64,000 nucleotides of DNA from Actinomycetota bacterium (GTDB lineage: Bacteria; Actinomycetota; UBA4738; JACQTL01). The position numbers were made by a program, and so were the translations under genes. The notes under the pieces were generated by a model that was not told where the DNA came from, did not search any database, and saw only the letters and a program-made list of their open reading frames with translations. The DNA lies in the NCBI GenBank assembly GCA_045805265.1, contig JBJMLO010000008.1, forward strand, positions 128,846 through 192,845. Reading direction: 5' to 3'. Shown here piece by piece: positions 1 through 7,997 of the stretch; within the stretch, counting starts at the first letter, position 1; the number at the start of each line of letters is the position of its first letter.

Positions 1-731
1 GCCCTGGCCGCGGCCGTGAGCCGAAGCCAGTTCCCGCCGAGCACCAGGGACTCCTGGTCCCGAGGGAGCCCGAGGGCCCGGACCTTCGCCAGCTCGACGC
101 CCGGGTGGAGCCACGGGCCGTCGGTCCCGAACAGCAGCTTGTGGGCCCCGCCCCGGCCGACGGCCTCGACGAGGAGATCGAAGCGTCGGATCCCCGAGGA
201 GTCCGCGTGCACGTTCGGGGCCCGCGCCAGGAGGTCGATCGTCTGCCGTTGCGCGCGCCAGTCGTCGGCGAAGCTCCCGAGGTGGGGGACGATGAACTGC
301 ACTTGCTCGTATTGCTGCGCCGCGAGGTCGACGGTGGCCACCTCCCCCATCACGTCGTAGAGCACCGGAAGCTCCAGCGACCCGGCCACCTCGCAGACTT
401 CACGGGTGATCCGGGAGTCGTGGCGGTGCAGCTTGATCCCGCACGCCCCCCAGCCCGTCACCGCCTCGGTCACCATCGCCCGGATCCGGCCGGCGTCCCG
501 TTTGGCGTCCACCATGGCGTAGCCGAAGAACCGGTCGGGCCGGGCGGCCACGATGCGGCCCACCTCCCGGTTGGCCCGGCGGTAGTCGGAGTTGAATGCC
601 GCGAACAGCACCGTCCGGCCGATCCCGGCCCGGGCGGCCCGCCGGAGGTAGGCCCCGAGGGGCGCGTCCGTGTCCCAGGGCCCGGTGAGGCCGTCCCCCT
701 GGCCTGCGTGACAGTGGCTGTCGACGATCAT
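1..731 (-). CDS. amidohydrolase-2 family metal-dependent hydrolase (partial; 3' end lies beyond the window start)
   Basis: Manual translation of the minus strand from the ATG at 731..729 gives MIVDSHCHAGQGDGLTGPWDTDAPLGAYLRRAARAGIGRTVLFAAFNSDYRRANREV...GIKLHRHDS...HADSSGIRRFDLLVEAV...LLFGTDGPWLHPG with no stop before nt 1. The MIVDSHCH start and the overall pattern are typical of TIM-barrel amidohydrolases. The ATG overlaps the stop of the upstream bioF-like gene (ATGA). It is absent from the ORF track because it has no stop inside the window. Confidence 0.6.
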   Translation of the reverse strand, partial: MIVDSHCHAGQGDGLTGPWDTDAPLGAYLRRAARAGIGRTVLFAAFNSDYRRANREVGRIVAARPDRFFGYAMVDAKRDAGRIRAMVTEAVTGWGACGIKLHRHDSRITREVCEVAGSLELPVLYDVMGEVATVDLAAQQYEQVQFIVPHLGSFADDWRAQRQTIDLLARAPNVHADSSGIRRFDLLVEAVGRGGAHKLLFGTDGPWLHPGVELAKVRALGLPRDQESLVLGGNWLRLTAAAR

Positions 732-1846
732 CCCGCGACCGCCCGCCTGCGGGCCCTCGGTTGGGCCGTCCGCCCGGCCCTCGGACGGGCTCGCCCCCCC
801 GAGGCCACCACGATCCCGAGCGCCTCGACCGTCCGGTCGATCTCGGCCTCGCGGTGACCGGCGGTGACGATGAACGACACCGCCAGCCCCCGGCCGCACC
901 TCGGCCGATGCAACACCGTGCGGACCCCGAGCTCGAGGAGGCCCCGGTGGGTGGCCTGGGGGTCGAGGCCGGGCTCCGACCGGACGGACTGGAGCGGGAA
1001 CAGGCCCTCCGAGAGGGGCACGCCGAGCGCCGAGGCGCCGGCGCGGAACCGGGTCACGAGCCGTGCGAGGCGCCGCCGGAGCGCGTCCCCCACCCGGGCG
1101 TTGGCTCCGAGGGCCCGGACGGCCGCGTTGAGATGGGCGTTCGAGGCCGGGCTGCAGTGGACCCGGGTCGCGCTCCTCGACTCGTATCGTCGAACCGCCG
1201 CCCGGCTGCCGGCCACGGCGGCGACCGGAACCCCCAGCCCCTTGGCGAGGGAGGCCACGACGATCAGACCCGCGTCCCCGACGCCGGTCCAGCGCGCGAC
1301 GCCGCCGCCTCCCCGGCCGTAGGGATGCCCGGGCGCCGGAGTTCCCAAGATGCCGAGGGCCTGCGTGTCGTCCACGACCACGGTGCCGGGCTGGAAGCGG
1401 GCGACCGCCAGGTAGTCACCGACGGGAGCCACGCCGCCGCAGCCGGGACACAGGCCGTCGGTCAGCACGAACACGGATCGGGGGTCGCCGGCCTCGGCCA
1501 GTGCCCGCCGAAGCGATGCCGGGTCGTGGTGTCGGAACCTCCTGACCTTCGCCCCGGCGCACCGCGCCCGTTCCGCGCCCCACGACGCGATCGGGTAGGT
1601 CCCCTCGTCCACCAGGATCGTCCTGGCCCCCATCGCGACGAACAGGTCCCAAAACGCGTGCAGAGTGGAGGGCGCCACGGTCGCCGCCGTCGTCCCGATG
1701 AGCCCGGCCACCCGGCTCCCCACCTCACGCGCCGCGGGCGCCTCGGCCAGCGCGGCCGGCCGGCCGGTCGTGAGCTCCGCCCACGGAGGCACGCGCTCGC
1801 CACCGTGCCGCATCCCGAGGTACAGGGAGGAAGTGAGGTCGATCAC
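728..1846 (-). CDS. bioF: 8-amino-7-oxononanoate synthase-like PLP-dependent alpha-oxoamine synthase (BioF family)
   Basis: Frame of track ORF 728..3283. DLTSSLYLG matches the BioF NFSSNDYLGL motif, SLAKGLG carries the PLP lysine, LVTRFRAGA matches E. coli BioF LITRFRAGV, and the C-terminal FIVTAGHREAEIDRTVEAL matches [21 protein letters not shown]. The start is set at the GTG at 1846, which overlaps the upstream gene's stop by 16 nt. No other start codon exists in this frame up to about 1980, so the N-terminus is uncertain. Confidence 0.7.
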   Translation of the reverse strand: MIDLTSSLYLGMRHGGERVPPWAELTTGRPAALAEAPAAREVGSRVAGLIGTTAATVAPSTLHAFWDLFVAMGARTILVDEGTYPIASWGAERARCAGAKVRRFRHHDPASLRRALAEAGDPRSVFVLTDGLCPGCGGVAPVGDYLAVARFQPGTVVVDDTQALGILGTPAPGHPYGRGGGGVARWTGVGDAGLIVVASLAKGLGVPVAAVAGSRAAVRRYESRSATRVHCSPASNAHLNAAVRALGANARVGDALRRRLARLVTRFRAGASALGVPLSEGLFPLQSVRSEPGLDPQATHRGLLELGVRTVLHRPRCGRGLAVSFIVTAGHREAEIDRTVEALGIVVASGGRARPRAGRTAQPRARRRAVAG

Positions 1847-1860
1847 GGCTCGCGCCGCGA

Positions 1861-3384
1861 TCAGGTCCGCACACCCACCCGCGACCCGTCGGACGAGACC
1901 TGCTTCGGGAGCCGCTTGCGGAGCAGCACGGCCGGGATCGTGGCGTTCACCTGCCCCGTCACGGTGCTCGCGGCCAGGTCCACGCCGGTCGCGGCGCGAT
2001 AGGCATGGAGGTAACCCTGGACCTCCGGGCGCCAGTACCGGGCCCAGTTCGCCGCGCTCTCGGGGTGGATCTGGCCCGTCCAGGCCCCGTATCGGATCGA
2101 GAGAAGGATCTTCTCCCCGAAGATCGCGAGGTCCCGGAAGTGCAGGATCGACGTGTCCGTCCACGCCTGCAGGCTCTTCATGGTCTCGACCGAGTCCATC
2201 CAGGGCTCCGGGTAGTCGACCATGATCCGCCGGGGCAGGAACTCCCGCATCTCCGGGCGGGCCAGGATCCACTGCTGCATCAGGAACTCCTGCCGCGCGG
2301 TCCACGGGAGGTCGCCATACTGGTTGTGGGCGCCCTGAGTCAGCTGGAGATGGACCTCCCGTAGGCCGTTCAGCACGGGGAACCCGTCGGCGACCACCGT
2401 CGTGTCGTCGTCCTCCTTGTAGAAGATCGAGCACAGCATCAGGAGCGTGTGGAACGCCTCGAGGAACCGGGACCGCGAGTCCGCGCCCCGGATCGCGGGG
2501 ATCGCCTTTCCGATGAGCTTCAGGCCGTACTCGTGGTCGTACTCGTAGGCCCGCCGGGGGATCGTGAGCCGGTGCTCCTCGTCCTGCACCCAGCCCCACA
2601 GCAGGTTGTTCAGTCCGCGGAGCGGGTCGATCTCCAGCATCGCGAGCGGGTCGCGCTCCGCGGGGCCCCGCCGGTTCTGGAACCGCCAGCTCATGGCGTT
2701 CGTGGTCTGGACCAACATGCCTTCCTCGAGCCAGTAGTTCCAGAGCAATTCGAGCAGACACGGCCGGGTGAGCTTCGAGCGGAGGATCCCGTAGCACTGG
2801 CGGGCTCCGTACGCCCTCCGGCCGTGGATCGGGACGTCGCCGAGCTTCAGCTGGACGACGTCGTGCAGGTACGGGATCGTTCGGTGCTGGCCCACGGCCC
2901 GGAGGTACCCGAGCCACTGGGAGTCGACATCGGGGGCCGACGCCGTCGGCCGGAGCAGCCGGAGCTCCTCCTCCTCGGCGACCCCCACGTCCGAGGTCAG
3001 CACTCCGAAGTCGGCGTCCTCGAACCTCGTGTTGACCGAGATGCCGAGGTTGTCGTCGGACTCGCCGATCACCACTCCGCAGTGCGCCATCATGAAGACC
3101 TCGGTGGCGATCTTCAGCAGCCGGTACGGCTCCACATCCGGGAACGGGAGCTGGCGCTTCGCCCGGATGTGGTCGAACTGTCCCTGTGCGCGCGGCGGCG
3201 GCGAGCCACACATGATCGGCTCGATGAACGCCGCGTAGTTCTCGAAGGCCAGCGCCTCCGCGCTGTTGCGGATCACGACCCACAGCGCTTGGTCCGGCGT
3301 GGGCGTCACGTCGGCCCGGCGCATCGTCACCTCCACGGGCTGCCGCGGCCGGCCGCCCGGCGCCTTGAACATCGCCTTAGTCAT
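1861..3384 (-). CDS. hypothetical protein, 507 aa, Trp/Tyr/Phe-rich globular, no family recognised
   Basis: Track ORF 1861..3966 trimmed to the internal ATG (MTKAMFKAPGG...), which is preceded by GGAGG. Composition is protein-like throughout and local GC is lower than the surroundings. The sequence upstream of this ATG in the same frame is low-complexity G/R/A. Confidence 0.7.
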   Translation of the reverse strand: MTKAMFKAPGGRPRQPVEVTMRRADVTPTPDQALWVVIRNSAEALAFENYAAFIEPIMCGSPPPRAQGQFDHIRAKRQLPFPDVEPYRLLKIATEVFMMAHCGVVIGESDDNLGISVNTRFEDADFGVLTSDVGVAEEEELRLLRPTASAPDVDSQWLGYLRAVGQHRTIPYLHDVVQLKLGDVPIHGRRAYGARQCYGILRSKLTRPCLLELLWNYWLEEGMLVQTTNAMSWRFQNRRGPAERDPLAMLEIDPLRGLNNLLWGWVQDEEHRLTIPRRAYEYDHEYGLKLIGKAIPAIRGADSRSRFLEAFHTLLMLCSIFYKEDDDTTVVADGFPVLNGLREVHLQLTQGAHNQYGDLPWTARQEFLMQQWILARPEMREFLPRRIMVDYPEPWMDSVETMKSLQAWTDTSILHFRDLAIFGEKILLSIRYGAWTGQIHPESAANWARYWRPEVQGYLHAYRAATGVDLAASTVTGQVNATIPAVLLRKRLPKQVSSDGSRVGVRT

Positions 3385-3422
3385 GTGCCTCTCCTTCCTC
3401 CGTCCCTCGCGGGCTCCGCCCG

Positions 3423-4508
3423 CTACTTCCGGCGCAGGTGCGCTTCGACGACGTACGTCCCGGTCGGCACCGCCCGGGCGTCGATCCGGACCCGGGACCC
3501 CACGTCCTCGAGCAGGCCGCCCGCCTCGACGGTCCACTGGAGCTCGTAGCCGGCCGGGATCGGGCGCGGGAGCCTCGCCTCGGCGAGGACCAGCCCGGCG
3601 GAGTCGGGCTCGCTGACGTCGATGCGCTCTACGAACTTCTGCTCCGCCTCGCTCAGGACCTCGAGGGTCGCTTTGTGGTGCTCCTCCGCCTCCGCGAGCG
3701 CCTCCTCCGCCAGGCGCAGCTCGGCGTGCGCCCGGCGTTCCGCCTCCGGCGCCTCGACGAGCGCCCGCTCGGCTGCCTCGAACTCCTTCCTGGCCTCCTG
3801 GATCTCGGCCGGGCTGGCCCCGGGCGCCTTCGCCTGCAGCGCGTCGTGGGCGGCGGCCAGTTGCCGGTCGAGTCGCTCCTCTCTGGCGCGCAGCCCTCTG
3901 AGCTTCGCCGGATCGGGGGCCGCGGCCTTGAGCTCCGCCTCCGCGTCCCGAAGCCCCTTCTGCCACTCGGCGAGCTCCACCAGGTGCGCGTCGAGTGCCT
4001 CCTGTTGCTCACGAAGGGTTCCCGCCGAGTTCGCGAGCGCCGTCTTCTGCGCACCGGCCGGAGCAGCGGTCGCGGCGGAGTCGGTGTGCTTCGCGGACGT
4101 GGCCACCACCGTGGTGGCCCTCTTCGCGCTCGCGTTCCACTGCCTCGCCGCCTTGACGACCGATGCGAGGGCGTCTCGGGCGCGCTTGATCGAGTCGTGC
4201 GTCGCCTCGGCCTGGGCGAGCTCCCTCGTCACGGCATCGTGAGCCTCGCGGGTCTCGTCGTATTTCGCCTGGAGGGCCTTCGCATCGGCGTCGGAGAGCT
4301 CCACGCCCTCGGCCAGGACCCGGAATCGGGCCTCCGCGTTCCTCCACTGGCGCTGAGCAGCTCCGTTGAGCCCGGTCGTCGAATCGGCCCGCTTCCGCGC
4401 CGTCGCCTGTTCCTTCCTCCGTTCCTCCAGGATCGCCTCCGCCGCCTCGACCTCGTCGATGGCGAGGGCGAGCAGCTCCTCCGGCGTCCTGGTGATCGTG
4501 CCGGCCAT
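3423..4508 (-). CDS. coiled-coil protein with a small C-terminal beta-rich domain (hypothetical)
   Basis: Track ORF 3423..4508 has an ATG with a GGAGG site 7 nt upstream. A long Ala/Glu/Arg/Lys-rich heptad-like region (AEAELKAAAP..., EARKEFEAAERALVEAPEAERRAHAELRLAEEALAEAEEHHKATLEVLSEAEQKF) is followed by ...PAGYELQWTVEAGGLLEDVGSRVRIDARAVPTGTYVVEAHLRRK. Confidence 0.75.
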   Translation of the reverse strand: MAGTITRTPEELLALAIDEVEAAEAILEERRKEQATARKRADSTTGLNGAAQRQWRNAEARFRVLAEGVELSDADAKALQAKYDETREAHDAVTRELAQAEATHDSIKRARDALASVVKAARQWNASAKRATTVVATSAKHTDSAATAAPAGAQKTALANSAGTLREQQEALDAHLVELAEWQKGLRDAEAELKAAAPDPAKLRGLRAREERLDRQLAAAHDALQAKAPGASPAEIQEARKEFEAAERALVEAPEAERRAHAELRLAEEALAEAEEHHKATLEVLSEAEQKFVERIDVSEPDSAGLVLAEARLPRPIPAGYELQWTVEAGGLLEDVGSRVRIDARAVPTGTYVVEAHLRRK

Positions 4509-4525
4509 CTCGCTACCTCCTCACC

Positions 4526-5996
4526 TCAGGGCCGGGATCCAGCTCTCCGGCCGATCCGCACCATCGGGCGGGCCCCCGCCGGCCGCCCGCCGTGGATCCC
4601 GGGCGGCGACCTCCTGACCGTCCCCCCGCCTCCGCCCGGCGGGATCGCTCTCCGCCGGACGAAGGCACGGCCGTACGGGCCGACCAGACCCGGGGCCGGC
4701 TGAGCGCCCGCCCGCGCCGCCAGCGCGGCGTTTGCCCGGAGCGTGCTCTCGAGCGCCCAGTAGGAGATCAGCCGTCCCAGCAAGCGGTCCTCGCCCTCCG
4801 GCGTGATCAGTCCCCGGGCCCTCGCCTGGCCCACCACGGCGAAGGCGAGCGCTGGGCGGGTCCGGCGGACCGCCCGGGGGTCTGCGGTCCACTGCGCGTA
4901 CAGGCGGATCAGCCGATCCGGTGTGCGGTCCGCGGTCCGGACGGCATCGCCGACGGTGCGTCCCCGGAGCGTGCCGGGACGGTGTCCCAGGACCAGTCGG
5001 ACGAACGCCGGCATGGTCGCCAGCAGGGCCTGGAGCACCCGACGGCGCTGCGCCGGCAGTCCCTCTGCCGGATAGAACGAGGTCCAGACGCTCGCCAGAC
5101 GGCGCCACTGCCGGTCGGGGTACAGGGCTTCGCCGAACGCGCATGAGACATGGACCCGAATCCACGAGAAGGGGTGGGGGTCGTCCGCCGACATCCGGAA
5201 CACGAACGCGCGCGGCAGACTCACCAATCCGATGAGGCCCATGGTCGACGAGACGCCGACCCGGGCGATGGAGAACAGGTCCGCGACGACCTCCGAGATC
5301 CATCGCTCCCACATGCGCCATGCGAGCCGCTCCGGCCCCGCCGCCGCGAGGCCGGCCCGGTGGATCTCCGGGCGGAGCGATTCGACCAGCCCGAGGAGCG
5401 CAGCCGCTTGGTGACCGGCCTCGTGGATCAGGGAGGAGGAAATCCCGTATGTAGCCGATCATGCGCTCCCGAGGGATGCGGATGATCGACACAGGGTTCT
5501 CACCTCCCCCGGGCAGGCGGGTCCGCGCACGGCGGATGGCGCCGCCCAGCCCCCGATGCAGGTAGCACACGGCCGGTGGCGCGCGGAAGTACCCCCCGGG
5601 CAGGTCGAGGGCGTCCTGGACCGCCACGTCGAGACCCGACAGCCACAGCCCGGTCTCGTGTTCGCTTCGTTGCGTGATCGCGTCGGAGAACAGATCCAGC
5701 TGCGACAACGCCAGGTTGAACCGGAGCCGGAGGAACGTGTACCGCCGCTGCTGTTCGCTCGGCCGGGCGCCGCGCCCGTGGCCCCGCAGCCACCTGAGGT
5801 ACCGGAGGATCTGGCGTCGAAGCGTCCGCCTCCCGCCGATCAGGTACAGCTCGATGGCCGTCTGGGCCTCGGGCGACAGCGCCGCGGCGGGCAGCATCGT
5901 CTCCTGGAGGGCAAACGGCTTCACCCGATCCAGCCGAGCCAGCAGCGCGCGGGCCTCGCGCTCCAGCATCCACGTGGACAGGCCGTCGGTGGACAC
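4526..5996 (-). pseudogene. putative HExxH zinc metallopeptidase (about 490 aa) interrupted by a single frameshift near 5445-5460
   Basis: Track ORF 4521..5996 is protein-like only for its first ~185 aa (MSTDGLSTWMLEREARALL...IRIPRERMIGYI). Translating the second frame upstream of track ORF 4526..5314 gives ...SATYGISSSLIHEAGHQAAALLGLVESLRPEIHRAGLAAAGPERLAWRMWERWISEVVADLF..., which contains an HEAGH motif. The two frames abut at about 5447-5459. The combined length equals one ~490-aa protein. Confidence 0.5.
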
Positions 5997-5999
5997 GCG

Positions 6000-7166
6000 T
6001 CAGGCCCCGTAGACGATGATCCGGTTGCCCTGACGGACCCACGTGCCGGACCCCTGACCCCCGCCGGACCCGTCCGCCGGCCCCCCGCCGCCCCAGGTCG
6101 ACGGGCCGCCGTACCAGCCGCCGTACCCGGGCCCGTACCAGCGCCGGCGCGCGGACGGCGCGTACCCGTAGCCCGCGCGGCGCCGGGCGTAGGGGGCGCC
6201 CCGGTAGGCGTACCTCGGCATCCGGCGTCCGTAGCCCCGCCGGTAGGGGGCGCCGACCCGACGGGAGGGGCTCCGGTAGCCGTACCGGCCGAGCATCGCC
6301 GGCCGGCGAACGCCGACTCCCATCGGACGCCGCGGCACGACCGGACCGCCCAGGGAGCGGACCATCGACCGGTAGATGCCCGGCGCGTGGGAGCGCGCCG
6401 CTGCCGCCACCGCGGCGCGGGCCACCGCCTGGGGGCTGATGCCGGGCCGCGGCCGGGCCAGCGCCGCGTTCCTCGCCGACGCGGCAGCGAGGTTGACGAA
6501 GCGCCGGGCCACCTCGAACTCGGCCGCCTCGGCCGGCATGGCCTCCAGCTCGACCTCGAACAGGCCGCCCGCCATGGATCCGAGCTTGCTGCCGAGTGCG
6601 GTGCCGATCCCCGGCGCGATCATCGACCCGAGCGCCCCGCCCACGACCGGCAGGGCCTTCTTCGCCACGCTCTTCAGCACGCCGCCAAGGGCCCGCCCGA
6701 TCGGTGACTTGATGAAGCCGCCGACCCCGCGCGAGATGCGCTTGAAGACGTTGCCGAGGAACTGCTCGAGCTCCTGTTCGTTGTTGATCTCCAGCAGCTC
6801 GGAGGCCAGCTCGACCTCCTGGGCGCCGGAGAGCGGCGACTCCAGCTCGCCGCCGAGGATCGACCCGAGGATCCCGCCGAGGAACTGCTCGGTCTCGAAC
6901 TCGCCGCCGCCCTCGAACTCGCCTCCCTCGAACTCGCCGCCTCCCTCGAACTCGCCGCCGCCCTCGAACTCTCCTCCCTCGAACTCGCCGCCGCCCTCGA
7001 ATTCGCCGCCCTCGAACTCGCCGCCGCCCTCGAACTCGCCTCCCTCGAACTCGCCGCCTCCCTCGAACTCGCCGCCCTCGAACTCTCCTCCCTCAAACTC
7101 TCCGCCCTCGAACTCGCCTCCCTCGAACTCCCCGAATTCCGTCAGCTCCGCACCCTGCATGCCCAT
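6000..7166 (-). CDS. GEFEGG-repeat protein 1: acidic N-terminal tandem repeats, Gly-zipper-like amphipathic core, Arg/Tyr/Gly-rich C-terminal tail (hypothetical)
   Basis: Track ORF 6000..7166; the start is preceded by GGAGGAGG. The N-terminus holds about 18 copies of GEFEGG(G). The core reads ELASELLEINNEQELEQFLGNVF...ALPVVGGALGSMIAPGIGTALGSKLGSMAGGLF...EFEVARRFV...IYRS. The tail reads RRPMGVGVRRPAMLGRYGYRSPSRRVGAPYRRGYGRRMPRYAYRGAPYARRRAGYGYAPSARRRWYGPGYGGWYGG...RQGNRIIVYGA. Confidence 0.75.
   Translation of the reverse strand: MGMQGAELTEFGEFEGGEFEGGEFEGGEFEGGEFEGGGEFEGGEFEGGGEFEGGEFEGGGEFEGGEFEGGGEFEGGGEFEGGEFEGGGEFETEQFLGGILGSILGGELESPLSGAQEVELASELLEINNEQELEQFLGNVFKRISRGVGGFIKSPIGRALGGVLKSVAKKALPVVGGALGSMIAPGIGTALGSKLGSMAGGLFEVELEAMPAEAAEFEVARRFVNLAAASARNAALARPRPGISPQAVARAAVAAAARSHAPGIYRSMVRSLGGPVVPRRPMGVGVRRPAMLGRYGYRSPSRRVGAPYRRGYGRRMPRYAYRGAPYARRRAGYGYAPSARRRWYGPGYGGWYGGPSTWGGGGPADGSGGGQGSGTWVRQGNRIIVYGA
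6890..7135 (-). repeat. tandem 18-21 bp coding repeat array (about 18 units) encoding the GEFEGG(G) repeats
   Basis: The plus strand reads gaactcgccgccgccctcgaactcgcctccctc... repeated head-to-tail. Its antisense frame produces the spurious SNSPP-repeat ORF 6376..7590. Confidence 0.8.
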
Positions 7167-7195
7167 GGGCCTCCTCCTCTCTCCCGGTGACCTCG

Positions 7196-7873
7196 TCAGG
7201 AGCCGTACAGCACGATCGTTCGACCTCTCCGGATCCAGCGGCCCCCACGCGGCCAGGCGCGCGTCGAGCGACCCTGGAGCCGCGGCAGGAGACCGGGCGC
7301 GTAGATCCGCGCCGAGCTGCGGGCGGCCAGCCGCGCCACCGCGGAGGGCGGCAGGTGCGCCGGCGCGGCCACCGCCCGCCGGGCCGCGGCGCTCACGAAC
7401 CGCACGAGCTGGCGGGCGATCTCGAACTCGCGGTCCTCGCCCGAGAGGCCCTCGAGCTCCAAGCCGAGCAGCGTGCCTGCCGCTGCCCCGGCCCTGGCGC
7501 CGATGTCCCCGTACCCGCCCACGCGCTCGCCGATGGCCCGGCCCACGACCGGCAAGGCCTGCTTCGCGGCGCTCTGAAGGCTGTCCTTGAGGATGGTCCC
7601 GAGCGCCCGGCCGGTGTCCGAGCGGATGAAGTTCCCCGCGGCCCGCCCGACCGCCCCGAACACGTTCCCGAGGAACTGCTCGAGCTCCTGCTCGCTCGAC
7701 ACCTCGAGGAGCTCCGAGGCCAGCTCGATCTCCTGCATCTCGCCGAGCGGGCTCTCCAGCTCGGCGGGCGACTCGAACTCGCCGACTTCGAACTCAGAGC
7801 CCTCGAACTCGCCGGGGCCCTCGAACTCTCCGACCTGCCCGTGCTCGAGTTGCGTCCGTCCGATGTCGTGCAT
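7196..7873 (-). CDS. GEFEGG-repeat protein 2 (shorter paralog of 6000..7166)
   Basis: Track ORF 7196..7942 trimmed to the internal ATG (MHDIGRTQLEHGQVGEFEGPGEFEGSEFEVGEFES...), which has GGAGG 5 nt upstream. It shares ELASELLE..SEQELEQFLGNVF, ALPVVG, EFEIARQLV, IYAPG and the C-terminal R.GRTIVLYGS with gene 1. It lies 23 nt upstream of gene 1. Confidence 0.75.
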   Translation of the reverse strand: MHDIGRTQLEHGQVGEFEGPGEFEGSEFEVGEFESPAELESPLGEMQEIELASELLEVSSEQELEQFLGNVFGAVGRAAGNFIRSDTGRALGTILKDSLQSAAKQALPVVGRAIGERVGGYGDIGARAGAAAGTLLGLELEGLSGEDREFEIARQLVRFVSAAARRAVAAPAHLPPSAVARLAARSSARIYAPGLLPRLQGRSTRAWPRGGRWIRRGRTIVLYGS

Positions 7874-7980
7874 CCATACCTCCCGCGCCCTCCGGGCGGC
7901 GCCCCGGCCGTCGGCGCCGCGTTGCCATGGCCACGCCCTCACCTCCTCGATCCGTCGATCCGCGTCGCTGTCCCCATCGG

Positions 7981-7997
7981 TGCACGTTCCGTGCCGG
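7981..7997 (-). promoter_or_regulatory. candidate sigma-54-type -24/-12 element (CGGCACGGAACGTGCAC on the minus strand) about 110 nt upstream of the GEFEGG-repeat operon
   Basis: The GG-N10-GC spacing is conserved, with 2 mismatches to TGGCACG-N4-TTGCA. It is 14/17 identical to the element upstream of the rpoN-like gene. It is the only such match in the 275-bp gap between the rpoN-like gene and the first GEFEGG gene. Confidence 0.4.

Noticed and set aside
728-3283. 851-aa ORF on the minus strand suggesting a giant protein
   Set aside because: Only the last ~370 codons are BioF-like. Everything upstream in that frame is low-complexity Gly/Arg/Pro that overlaps the real 507-aa gene in another frame. 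This is the usual high-GC open-frame artefact.
3423-4508. Coiled-coil protein as a PspA/IM30 homolog (which would tie in neatly with sigma-54)
   Set aside because: The sequence does not resemble the PspA N-terminal amphipathic helix or its length. It is only a generic coiled coil with an extra C-terminal domain, so no PspA call is made.
6376-7590. 404-aa plus-strand ORF with striking SNSPP/PSNSPP repeats
   Set aside because: It is the antisense reading of the GEFEGG tandem repeats and has no RBS or protein-like context. The sense-strand genes have SD sequences, translational coupling and a conserved paralog.
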